A stretch of DNA of 63,355 nt, counting the filler, from Octopus bimaculoides (lineage: Eukaryota), in the NCBI RefSeq assembly GCF_001194135.2. It is 6 parts of 5 records of this genome, joined end to end, with 100 filler letters (N's around TTAATTAATTAA, not from the genome) between each part and the next. Parts side by side here need not be neighbours in the genome. Positions count along the whole stretch, not along the records: positions 1 to 12,957 come from NC_068981.1; 5 more parts are not named here. One strand, given 5' to 3'. The position numbers and the translations under genes were made by a program. The first letter of the stretch is position 1; the number at the start of each line of letters is the position of its first letter. The notes under the pieces were generated by a model. That model did no database searches. It was not told the DNA's origin and worked only from the letters and a program-made list of their open reading frames with translations. This document shows, piece after piece, positions 1-11,620 of the stretch.

Positions 1-1
1 G

Positions 2-456
2 GAGGTATTGAGCAGGGTGGCTGCAGTAGTTAAGACCTGGTCTTGGCGGTGGCTATCCCTGAAAGGGAGGGCGGAGGTGGCCAATGTGTTTATCGCATCG
101 GTCATTACCTACCGCCTAACCGTCGTGCCTTGTCCGGATTCGTGGTTGATCAGGTTGGAGAGACAGCTCTTTCGTTTTTTGTGGAAGTGCAGGTCACCAC
201 TTGTGAAACGCTATGTCTGCTGTCAAAAGCCTTTAAAGGGAGGTTTAGGGATGCCTTGGTTAATAATGCGCAGGTATGCGTTGAGATTGAGGCACCTCTG
301 GATTCTCCTGGATAGTGAACGGGTGTGGTCTCCGCTGGCCAGACAAATGTTCCCCGAGTTCAAAAGTTTTTGCGAGCAGGAAGCCTGGTGTTCTCGTAGA
401 CCGAGGTCGAGTGAATGGCATAAAGAGTGTCGTAAGGCCCTCTTGCTTTTCCGGCG
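2..456 (+). mobile_element. L1-clade (Tx1-like) non-LTR retrotransposon ORF2 fragment, post-RT region
   Basis: Open frame KTWSWRWLSLKGRAEVANVFIASVITYRL...LFRFLW...KGGLGMP...ALRL matches the W..R.LS..GR / F.W / GGLG signature of L1/Tx1 ORF2; cut by the N gap at 457. Confidence 0.88.
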
Positions 457-1318
457 NNNNNNNNNNNNNNNNNNNNNNNNNNNNNNNNNNNNNNNNNNNN
501 NNNNNNNNNNNNNNNNNNNNNNNNNNNNNNNNNNNNNNNNNNNNNNNNNNNNNNNNNNNNNNNNNNNNNNNNNNNNNNNNNNNNNNNNNNNNNNNNNNNN
601 NNNNNNNNNNNNNNNNNNNNNNNNNNNNNNNNNNNNNNNNNNNNNNNNNNNNNNNNNNNNNNNNNNNNNNNNNNNNNNNNNNNNNNNNNNNNNNNNNNNN
701 NNNNNNNNNNNNNNNNNNNNNNNNNNNNNNNNNNNNNNNNNNNNNNNNNNNNNNNNNNNNNNNNNNNNNNNNNNNNNNNNNNNNNNNNNNNNNNNNNNNN
801 NNNNNNNNNNNNNNNNNNNNNNNNNNNNNNNNNNNNNNNNNNNNNNNNNNNNNNNNNNNNNNNNNNNNNNNNNNNNNNNNNNNNNNNNNNNNNNNNNNNN
901 NNNNNNNNNNNNNNNNNNNNNNNNNNNNNNNNNNNNNNNNNNNNNNNNNNNNNNNNNNNNNNNNNNNNNNNNNNNNNNNNNNNNNNNNNNNNNNNNNNNN
1001 NNNNNNNNNNNNNNNNNNNNNNNNNNNNNNNNNNNNNNNNNNNNNNNNNNNNNNNNNNNNNNNNNNNNNNNNNNNNNNNNNNNNNNNNNNNNNNNNNNNN
1101 NNNNNNNNNNNNNNNNNNNNNNNNNNNNNNNNNNNNNNNNNNNNNNNNNNNNNNNNNNNNNNNNNNNNNNNNNNNNNNNNNNNNNNNNNNNNNNNNNNNN
1201 NNNNNNNNNNNNNNNNNNNNNNNNNNNNNNNNNNNNNNNNNNNNNNNNNNNNNNNNNNNNNNNNNNNNNNNNNNNNNNNNNNNNNNNNNNNNNNNNNNNN
1301 NNNNNNNNNNNNNNNNNN

Positions 1319-1487
1319 GGCCTAATCATCGCTTCATTTGTGTTGTCTAACGTACTGTTAATATCATTCGATTTTTATATTTTATAACATTTTTAAAGTC
1401 ATATTTATGTAAACCATTCGCATTACTGATCCCAATCAGTTGTTTTGTACCATTCTATGTTTGGCTCCCTGTGGGCAATAAAGAAAT
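1319..1487 (+). mobile_element. Probable 3' UTR/terminus of the Tx1-like LINE
   Basis: Lies after an 862-N gap of about the size needed to finish ORF2, ends in ctgtgggcaataaagaaat and abuts a 5'-truncated SINE. Confidence 0.45.
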
Positions 1488-1488
1488 T

Positions 1489-1657
1489 GGTATTTCGTCT
1501 GCCGCTACGTTCTGAGTTCAAATTCCGCCGAGGTCGACTTTGCCTTTCATTCTATTGGGGGTCGATAAATTAAGTACCGGTTACGCACTGGGGTCGATCT
1601 AATCGACTGGCCCCCTCCCACAAAATTTCGGACCTTGTGCCTAGAGGAGAAAAAAAT
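1489..1657 (+). mobile_element. tRNA-derived SINE family A (tail type A1), 5' truncated
   Basis: Matches other window copies from ggtatttcgtctgccgctacgttctgagttcaaattccgccgagg onwards; head missing. Confidence 0.85.
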
Positions 1658-1904
1658 ACACTTATACAATTATCACATTATAAAGCGAATAGTCTCAACA
1701 GCTCACGGCATTAAAAAATCGACAATCAATGCTGACACATATCGAACACCACAATGTATCTCATGCTGCGCAATTGCCACCTAATAAAACACAATACACG
1801 TTAAAAGTAATTAACACGTTACTCTCTAAGACAATATAGCTTAAACGATGCATACGAATCTTAATCAACATCCAACTAAGAAAATTAAATGTACGCAATA
1901 TAGA

Positions 1905-2530
1905 GGTGGCGACGTGGCTGTGTGGTAAGAAGTTTGCTTCCAAACGACAAGGTCCTGGATTCAGTCTTATTGCGTGTTATCTTGGGAAGTGTTTTCTACT
2001 ATAACCTCGTGCCGACCAAAGACTTGTGAGTGGATTTGCTAGACGGAAAGTGAAAGAACTCACTCTATACATTAATGTGTGTGTCTTTGTGTTTATGTTT
2101 GTCCGCCCTCCCACTGCTTGAGAACGGTGTTGGTGTTTTTACATCCCCGTAACTTAGCTGTTCAACAAAAGAAAGATATCGATAGAATTAATACAAGGCA
2201 TAAAATATAAATATTGGGCTCGCTTCGTTCGGCTAAAATTCATCAAGTTGGTGCCCCAGCATGGCTGTAGTCTAATAACTGGAACAAATTCTTTTCTATT
2301 CTAGGCACAAGGCCCGAAATTTTGGGGGAGGGGGCCAGTCGATTAAATCGACCCTAATACGCAACTGGTACTTAATTTATCGACCCCGAAGGGATGAAAG
2401 GCAAAGTCGACCTCGGCAGCATTTGAACTCAGAATGTGAAAACAAATGAAATACTGCTAAGCATTTCGCCCGGCGTGGTAGCGATTCTGCCAGCTCGCCG
2501 CCTTTATGACTGAACCAAATAAAAGATAAA
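1905..2530 (+). mobile_element. SINE family B with a nested minus-strand SINE A1 (2289-2503)
   Basis: A-box-like tggctgtgtgg head, central (TG)n, tail interrupted by a reversed family A copy and resumed at atgactgaaccaaataaaaga. Confidence 0.85.
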
Positions 2531-5500
2531 TGCAACAAAATGAGGGATAAACTTAAATAATATCATAACCACAAATTGCCTNNNNNNNNNNNNNNNNNNN
2601 NNNNNNNNNNNNNNNNNNNNNNNNNNNNNNNNNNNNNNNNNNNNNNNNNNNNNNNNNNNNNNNNNNNNNNNNNNNNNNNNNNNNNNNNNNNNNNNNNNNN
2701 NNNNNNNNNNNNNNNNNNNNNNNNNNNNNNNNNNNNNNNNNNNNNNNNNNNNNNNNNNNNNNNNNNNNNNNNNNNNNNNNNNNNNNNNNNNNNNNNNNNN
2801 NNNNNNNNNNNNNNNNATATATACATATATATATATATATATATCAGCGGGCTTCTCCTTCCTTTTTCACCACAACAATACGTACAGGATTCTCATTGCC
2901 TAAATAAATGAGATCAGAGATTTTTGGCATATGTTCAGGTATGTGCAGCCTCCGTACTTTCTTCTAAGTTTCGCCTTGTTCGGCTGGGAAAATGATCTCA
3001 AAATGAAAATCTTCTATGATATTTATCATTTTTATCTCAGGTGATACATTGTTACAGATGTTTTTGTCATTTATCACCCAATATAAAATTACAGTAATAG
3101 ATATGCCATGGAAAAGCATATCCTTCTCGGTATTTTCCTCACCTCTGTTTCATCGATGTATTGTGTATTACCTCCCCTTAATTTCTGTCTTACCTTACGT
3201 GTCATGAACTTTCACTCACTTTCCATAGATTATAATGGCTTGTAAAATCAGCTGGCGTACTTCTTGATGTACATGCAACGGATGGTTATATTGGGTATTC
3301 TTTTCTCTCTATGCTTCTGCCCGAGCGCACAAATCAAATCTCAAGATAAAGCGACAGGATTCTGCTATAGCGTGCAACCGAAACTCCGCGTTTTAGTGTG
3401 TAGCTTTTGAAAACGATATTACCATATACACACACATGCCCCATATACACTTACGCGCACACGAGATACAAACCCATACGTATGTATGCATGTATGTATG
3501 TATGTATGAATGTTTGTTTGTATATGTCTATGAGTGTGTGTATGTGCGTGTATCTGTGTGAGTACATACATACATACGTACATACATGCATACATGCATA
3601 CATACATACATACATACATACATACATACATACATACATACATCCGTATGGTACTGCTGGTTTCATCCGGACCCAGTGGTCCAATAACGCACGTCGGTCA
3701 ATCTTGTTGACTGTGTTTAAAGCTACGGCTTGAAATATGTTCAGAGTATTCCCCACCGATAACGGTATTTCCCATTAGTAACAGCTAAAGAGCTAGAAAC
3801 GCTGCGTCTGGAGATCCGATGGGGAGGGGGAAACACTGAGGAGATATGGTATTTATATACTTTTTACCATAAGAGATTTTTTTATGCACGGCACATGTGA
3901 ATTTGCCTTAAGAATTTGAAATATGTTATAAACTAATTTTAACTAACTTAAAATTTGCTTATGGCTAATCAGCGCCTGGCACTGATACTACTGATATATG
4001 TATTTATTAATTTGAGTGATTGTATGCATGTGTGTATGCCTGTATGCCCGTGTGTCTGACTACATATCCCTAGATGCATATATTACGAGTTTCAGTTATG
4101 TAGCTTCACGTGTAGAAATAACAAGAGGGAGTTGTTGCAGTGGACTAGTACCATGTCCATAATTGTATTTGAGCGATGATGTACGCTGAGTATATTTGAG
4201 GTTTTCCGCATTGAGTATACTTAGAAGGTGAAAAATGATGTAAGGAAACTTCATGGACACAGAAATGATCGTTGGATTATCCTGGTGAATTTGAAATACC
4301 TAACTACGTAAGTTTCCCGCAGAAGAGGTTACCTATACACATTTACACTTCTACTCACTTGTGGGAAGAATAGAACTGCAATGAAAGGGGTTGCTGGTAT
4401 GTAACGTAAGTTTGGTGTTAGTTATGTGTCTATGGTTGAAGATGTGTATTGATGGGTGTCATGCTGATGTAGAGATGAACTTTTAAAGTTGACAGAGTAT
4501 GAACTGCAAGTGGAATGCGAGGATATTCGAATTATTTCTCATGCATGTTAACTTTTTGAGAAAGAAATGGAAGAGTGGCTGAAAAGGAAATGAATAATGC
4601 GCATGCGCATGTGTGTGTGTAGTTTATCTTGTTCGTAGTTAAATTAACAGCATAGAGTAACTGTAAGCAGGATTGAAAATAAGTTTTCCTCAAATATCGA
4701 TTGTAAACACTGAAGTTTTGGTGATATAGTTGTCTACAAACTATACTTACGTTAGGAGTTGCGCCGATTATTACAAGCAAGTGAATACTTGTAAATATAG
4801 TGTTCGTCACTCTTTCACATGATACATTTTCTAACTTGGACATACTTATCTAGTAAGATATATACACATATCTGTAAACGATAATATATTTCGTTGCTGG
4901 TGAAATATCTTTTCGATGTACTGTACATTTCAGACAATTTTGAAAATTCTCCTCTGCTCTAGAGCACACTGTGAACTGATCCTGACTATTGGAATAAGTA
5001 TAACTCGGTCGTCACCTATAAGAAAATACGACAATCATAAATAATTACACAATTTGAAGAATATTAAAGAAAATCAATGGAAGCAATAATGTGTTAATTT
5101 CACAACTTCTATTTGCCTATTAGATTTTATATCACCGTTAGTGGCTTCGTTCAAGTTCATAATCAGAGATGAAAATAAAAGTGAAAGCAAAGTAGAAATA
5201 CAATACAAATGAAATTGTTGTTTTATGTTTATTTTATCAATTTCCCATCTTCTTGTCACGAAATTGATGGAATTTATATTTGCTTCTTTATTTCCTTGAA
5301 GCCATTATATTTTGCTATTATTTTTGGTATTGCTCGCTGGGAATTCATCGAGCATCATCGGCATATTTCGATTTCAACTTTGACTCCGTTTTATTTGATT
5401 TCTTCGAATACTTTATTCGTAAATGGAAGTGAATATATATCTAAAGATTTCCATTTATAAGTCAATCTTGGAAACCGTTCCAATAATAGTTGCTTGATTA

Positions 5501-6874
5501 TTTTACTTGATGATTAAGATAGTAGACTATGTTTTCCCTTCACAGATAAAAAAAAAATACAAAAGAAATATAACATAAACCCCGATAGTGTCGAAACATT
5601 CTTTAAACTTAGAATGAGACAATTAATATTACAAGGCAAAACTATATACCAAAAGATGAACGGAATATCAAAGTAATGTAAAATTATTGAGATAATTAAA
5701 AATGGAAACAAAGAAAAAACTTAATTAGTTTTATTTGGTTATTGAAAATCAACTTATACATGAATAACATTAATTAATCATAGTTTTGAACTGGCGGTAA
5801 ATATCATTACAAAATCAATAAACCTGTGAAATGTTGGAAGGGAAATTAGCATTTTGGCTTTTTTCTCTCTATATTAGAAAACAAAATCTATTAGTCGTTT
5901 CCTTAGAATACTAATTCATCTAAATTTGAATCGTTATTGTATTGGTTCTGTATTACCAATAAACTAATTGCAAGTTTCATGAGAGAAGTTATGAGGAGAA
6001 TTGTCAAGAAGAGGATATACTCAACAAACTTAACTGCTCAAATAATTTTTAGACATCTTGTTTCAATTTATGATGTTTGAGCAATTATCACAATTATAAA
6101 AATGTATTCATACAAAGCAATTAATATTAGTTATTATAAAGTGTGATGACGTTTATTATTAGTTCTCTGTTTAATAGAAGAAATTGCTATCGAGATCTTC
6201 TAAAAGTTTCACCTGCTAAGAATCAGTTAAACCATCACTGGAGCTGCAGCTTCTGTGATTAATTACGTTTGTAGAATATAATTAAGGTTAACACTATCAA
6301 AGAAAAGTAATAGAATAACGAATATCACTTCATTAAATATTAACACATAATTTTTGAGGCTATTCTCAGATATTTGGGTTCACTACGACAAAAGTGTGAG
6401 GAGACTCTACGTTACGTCATTAATGTCTATTTCGAAGTGTATTAATAGTATGAAACTTTCCAAGAAGTTTCTGCTTTTTTTCTTAGGATGATTTTAAATT
6501 ATCGAAAAATGAAAGTAGAATACTTAGAAATTCATAGAACACTATTAGAATAAAAGAAAAACATACACTATGATCAGCAAATTTAGGTTTACTCAAACCA
6601 TTGTTGTGGCGATAAACGTATTCCTGAAGTAAGGTTTTAATTATTTCTAAATAAGTGCAGTATAGCGTCGTTCATCACATGTCTTCGTCTCATCAATCTC
6701 TGATTCACCAACGCCCTGCCTGCAAGAGGGATAGATAAGGGAAAGTCTATAACTCGGTGTAGGGCAAACATCGCAAGACACTTCCTTTGACGAGGACTGT
6801 TCTATTCAGTTTCCTCACCGAAATTTATAGTCTTCATACAGCAATATCTTAACGCATTCGCTCGCGCGCACGAG

Positions 6875-6936
<62 letters not shown>

Positions 6937-7169
6937 TAGATTCGAAACGCTAGTTTTAAATATAGAACGATCATATAGATTTCTGTTGACTTTTCCGCAT
7001 TATTAATGGTCTTCTGAATATTTGAAGATAATGATTAATAAATAAATATATGTGTATGTGTGGGTATGTGTCGGAGTATTTGTGCGTGTGTGCGCGTGTG
7101 TATAAATATACATACAGACACACACAAACACACACACACACACACACACATACATAAATATTGGGGCGG

Positions 7170-7272
7170 TGATGACGCGTCGCCCAGTGGTTGAAGTGTT
7201 GTATTCACGATCGCAAGATCGAGGTTTCGATTCCCAAACCGGCGGTGAGTTGTGTTTTAGGAGAAAACCCTT
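7170..7272 (+). mobile_element. SINE family D head (tRNA-like)
   Basis: cccagtggttgaagtgttg...gaggtttcgattccc carries A/B-box-like motifs and resembles 45861-45960. Confidence 0.55.
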
Positions 7273-7289
7273 AATATGTATATATATAT

Positions 7290-7516
7290 GTTTTCGTTGC
7301 GAACATTTTTCTTTTACAGTGCCGTGATTTACAATCCGGTAAATAATAATAATGGTAGTCTTATATAAGCTTAAAGTTTATGGCGATCACCGTGCAATGA
7401 CTAAAGAAAATAGTGCAATAAAAGAGCATATAAGCGCTCGACAGAAAAAAGAAGAGGGCTTATATGCCCCTTTATTGCACTATCTTCCTTAGTCATTGCA
7501 CGGTAATCGCCATAAG

Positions 7517-7520
<4 letters not shown>
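7290..7520. mobile_element. Foldback (MITE-like) element with 58-bp inverted arms
   Basis: Arms 7378-7435 and 7458-7515 match at 53/58 with a 22-nt loop; flanked by (TA)n; second partial copy at ~13185-13350 on another scaffold. Confidence 0.7.
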
Positions 7521-7562
<42 letters not shown>

Positions 7563-7590
7563 TATATACACATATATATACACACATATA

Positions 7591-7940
7591 GGCGCAGTCG
7601 TGGGTCTGTGGTAAGAAGCTTGCTTTCCGACCACGTGGTTCCGGCTTTAGTCCCATAGCGTGACACCATGGGAACATGTCTTCTATTATAGCCTCAAGGC
7701 CGACGAAGGCAATATAAATGGATTTGACGGAAACACACAGACACACACATATATGACCGTGTGTGTTGTGCTTCTGTTTGCCCTCCCGTCACCGCTTTAC
7801 ACCTAGTGCTGTTACGTTCACGAGCGGTTCGGCAAATGAGACCACTAGAATAAATAATAGTTTTTAAAAAGAATAAGTCCTGGGCTCGATTCGTACGACT
7901 AAAACCCTTCAAGGCAGTGTTCCAGCATTGCCACAGTCAA
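7591..7940 (+). mobile_element. SINE family B
   Basis: Head ggcgcagtcgtgggtctgtggtaag, internal microsatellite, tail aaggcagtgttccagcattgccacagtc. Confidence 0.8.
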
Positions 7941-8752
7941 TGTATGTATGTATATATGTATGTATGTACATGAGTACTGTAATTTTCTTGAAGCTTTTCA
8001 ATGTGTTAGTAATACAAATGTGCTTATGTTTTTAAAAACTCTTAACGTAATACACTTGAAAAGTTTGGGAAAACATGCATATTGATTTCAATAAGTATAA
8101 TCAAGGAAAAGATACTGTGTTGTCTCACATAATTTGTTTAAAACTTCTATTATGTATAGGGAAATTTCTATCAGTAAGAAAATAATTCAAAAGTACAGAG
8201 TTTCTTATATTTAATAAGATTCCCCTTTATTAAATTTAAGAACGGAAATCAGATCCCCCTTATCTAATATGAGAAAGAAAAGAATCCAAAGTTTCTGAGT
8301 TTCTAATATTTTATCGTTATCATATCTATATAGAATGGATAGTAGAATGTAATTTAGTGAGGATTTGTTTTCGAATTCTCTCGTATTTATCTTGTTCTCC
8401 CTTCTTGGCTTAAACAGTTATTTATCCAGAATTAAACACCACAGAGTTGTTATAGGGAAATTCGTCTCGAAACTCGCGCAAGATGGCCAAAAATAGCGCC
8501 TCAAGGGCACACTCAAAGCCACATTGAAGGTCTTTGAGATGATCTCCGACATCTACGTCGAAATATTAACTGTATTACCATGTAATCACATCCTACTGTC
8601 TTATGTATGTATATGTTCATATGTAGAGGTCGACCAGTGAGTTGTACGTAGTACATAATACGAAATACCCATTAAATCTCTCTGTACTGAAAAGGGTAGT
8701 GAATGTCTGGCTTTATTTCAAGTACAGTAGATTTAAGTGACTACATGTAGTT

Positions 8753-9165
8753 ACTCTTTTACTCTTTTACTTATTTCAGTCATTTGACTGCGGCCATGCT
8801 GGAGCACCGCCTTTAGTCGACCAAATCGACCCCAGGACTTATTCTTTGTAACCCTAGTACTTATTCTATCGGTCCCTTTTGCCGAACCGCTAAGTTACGG
8901 GGATATAAACATACCACCATTGGTTGTCAACGATGTTGGGGGGACAAACACAGACACACAAACATATACACATACATACATACATACATACATACACATA
9001 TACGACGGGCTTCTTTCAGTTTCCTTCTACCAAATTCACTCACAAGGCTTTGGTCGGCCCGAAGCAATAGTAGAAGACACTTGCCCAAGGTGCCACACAG
9101 TAGGAATGAACAAGGAACCATGCGGTTGGTAAACAAGCTACTTACCACACAGCCACTCCTGTGCC
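8753..9165 (-). mobile_element. SINE family B, full length
   Basis: Reverse complement of ggcacaggagtggctgtgtggtaag...gaaataagtaaaagagtaaaagagt; near-identical to 14331-14713 and 60187-60631. Confidence 0.9.
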
Positions 9166-10839
9166 TATGAGATGCTTATTTATTTTGATGCATTTTAAAA
9201 AATAAATCGGTATAAAATGCAAATTGTTGAGTCAATGATTTGGAAATCTGAGTGAGAATTAAAGGGCCGGCAAAGAAAATCTGCAAACGTTATAATTGTA
9301 AATACTCTTGAAACGAGCAAGTTATAACTTTCATGAGATGTAAATATTTTAGAACTAGTTATATCTCTCTCAGACAGAAAACATAAATGACTTAACTATG
9401 CTAAAAAAAAAAAACGTTAGTTATACATACAATGTGAGAAAATTACAATTTATCAATCCAGGTTATTGATTTATTATTGTACCTCTAGACATATATAATA
9501 CACTGTCTGAATATCAAACTTGTAAAGCTGAATTTCAGACTAATAGATTTGGTTCTTACACTGCAATTTCCATAAGCCGGCGGAATTGTAATAATATGCA
9601 AAAGCATCCAAACGTCTTATTTTTAACGAATTTTTAATCATGACTATCTTCCCTTCAGCAACACTTCTTTCCATTACTAACATGTACAGCAACACAAATT
9701 GAAAATAAACAGAAATAATAATGAATACACACATGCAACATATCAAAATGATAAATGGCTATATAAATAAAACTAAATCAAATCTGAGAAGAATCCTTCA
9801 AGGAATATTTCAGTTAGATACACATAAATCATTGGAATTTGAAATAGAGAATAAAAAAAATATGGATTATTCAGATGAAGAAGTGTGGTGCCATGATCTT
9901 TTGCAGGGTTCCATATTAACTGGCAAAGGCGGCAAATTGGGAGAGTCGTCAAATATCGGGAAGGTTGCCTCCTCCCCCACGGAATTCGTGCTGTCAGCGA
10001 ACTGAGATCAAATCTCACCGAGGTCAATGTTGTCGTTATCCTTTCAAGTTCGATGCAAAGTTGAAATGTGGGGCGATTTAGTGATGGAATTGTCCAACCG
10101 ATTGCCTTGCAGTATTTGTTCCGGCTCTTTGCGCTCTGCGTTCAAATCGCTCCGTGGCCTACATAGGTGGTAGACTTAATTTGTCACTCCGTTTAGCAGC
10201 ACCATTTAGAACATTGAGTGTCTTTAGTGTAATCTACTCTGTTGCAAACTTTTGGACCAGGTCCCAGGCATGCAGACGTGATTCTCTTCTTGTACTAGAC
10301 TCGGAGAATTGCCTTCCGTCCTGTCTGAAAGGTAAAAGAATTATCGAAGACTTTGCATGCTGGCATGAATATTTGCATCAGTGCACACCTGAGACATGCA
10401 TAGAGTACGTGACGGTTTTAAGTTCGGCGAAAACTTAAGTCTTTCTCGCAAATATTAATATGCAGTGACTGAATTTATATCATCTTTCGATATCCATACA
10501 TGAAAATGCATACTGACACACAGAAACTGCAATATGTGCACAAAATACATAAGAGGCTGTATCTTAGTGAATGGGAAGGACAAGATGGGAACATGGAAAA
10601 GCAAGAATTAAATTTAAATTCTAGGAGTATATTAATAAAATATGATGGTCGCTCCCATCAGCTCTGATGTATGAGTGTTTGAAGAAGAGAACTTAAAGAT
10701 AAAAAAACCCAAACAAACAAAAAACCCTAAGTAGCTGCATCTATTTGCGATAGATGTGTGAATGTAATTTTAGTCCAGGTATGAATTTTTCTATGAAGTT
10801 GCGATGGGGACATTGATGAGTTTGATTTTTGCCTAGGAT

Positions 10840-11620
10840 TGGGCAAGCGTGTCTGTTGATTGTTCCTCTATTGTTCTTTTTCTTCAACTCAAATTGTTTC
10901 GATGCATCGTGACACCATTTTACGCCAGGCAGATTGATCTAGGCAATGACTTTTCCAAGATGTTAGATATTAGTAGTTGCTTTAACTTATCCTTATACTT
11001 AAGGAGATGTATTTCTTTGCTGCGATATCCCTCCACTTTATTTATATTATTTACATTTGACGGATATTTGTCCTCATCTTGTTTGTTGTTACTACAACGT
11101 TTCGGCTGATATACCCTCCAGGTGTCTTGGATAATTTTCGAACCTGGGTACTCATTCCTAAGGTATTTTTCGATGTTGTTATTATTATTATTATTATTAT
11201 TCAGGTCACTGCCTGGAATCGAACTCGGAATCTTGGGGTTAGTAGTCCCCGCTCTTAACCACTACAGTATATGCCCGTGGAGTGCATTTTAGGGTTTATA
11301 AATCTAATATTTTCCTATCCTTCCTTAATACCTATTTCCATATGCTATTCTTATCTGCACTCAGTCTGCTTAGGAGGTTGTTATGTCGTAGCATATGTGC
11401 TGCTTCTTTTAGTTTTCGTATTTTCCAGTGGTGTTCTCTGTCTATTATTTTAACTTCATTTCTTAAATATAGAACTGCATCCCCCACTTGTTGATATACA
11501 GAAGAACTTTCGGAATGCGGCCAGTTTTCATTCGAACAACATATCCTACCAATCTGCGCTGAATTCTCATCAGAATGCTTTGGATACTGGAGATATCACA
11601 CTTTTATAATATTTTGGCAT
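10840..11620 (-). mobile_element. RTE-clade LINE 3' fragment split by a Penelope-like insertion
   Basis: 11600-11495 reads DISSIQSILMRIQRRLVGYVVRMKTGRIPKVLLY; 11030-10850 reads (frameshifted) GYRSK..LLKYKDKLK...ALDQSAWR...QFE. These are RTE C-terminal motifs RW.GHV.RM...R.PK and W..LA.DR..WR. Confidence 0.65.
11030..11478 (-). mobile_element. 5'-truncated Penelope-like element: GIY-YIG tail, tRNA-like segment, (AAT)n and hammerhead remnant
   Basis: 11456-11332 reads VKIIDREHHWKIRKLKEAAHMLRHNNLLSRLSADKNSIWK* (PLE endonuclease C-terminus). 11276-11204 is tRNA-like. 11124-11094 has ...cagccGAAAcgttg. Imperfect ~12-bp target duplication aagtgg(a)gg(g)at on both sides. Confidence 0.65.

Noticed and set aside
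3040-3160. Minus-strand EKDMLFHG resembling the PARP catalytic LFHG motif
   Set aside because: The following G.G.YF motif is absent.
3407-3756. ORF containing VNKIDRRALL, resembling the GTPase G4 motif of eEF2
   Set aside because: Spacing around the motif does not fit, no other G motifs, and the ORF runs into a (TACA)n tract.
4598-4609. Perfect NRF1 palindrome TGCGCATGCGCA
   Set aside because: Adjoins a (TG)n tract from which it can arise; no other promoter evidence.
8920-9148. Recurring ORFs ending ...PEAIVEDTCPRCHAVGLNPEPCGW (also 14363, 27403, 53058, 60255)
   Set aside because: Antisense translations of SINE family B, not a gene family.
11204-11276. Functional tRNA gene
   Set aside because: Acceptor stem does not pair and it lies within a mobile element. 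The SINE heads are likewise tRNA-derived, not tRNA genes.
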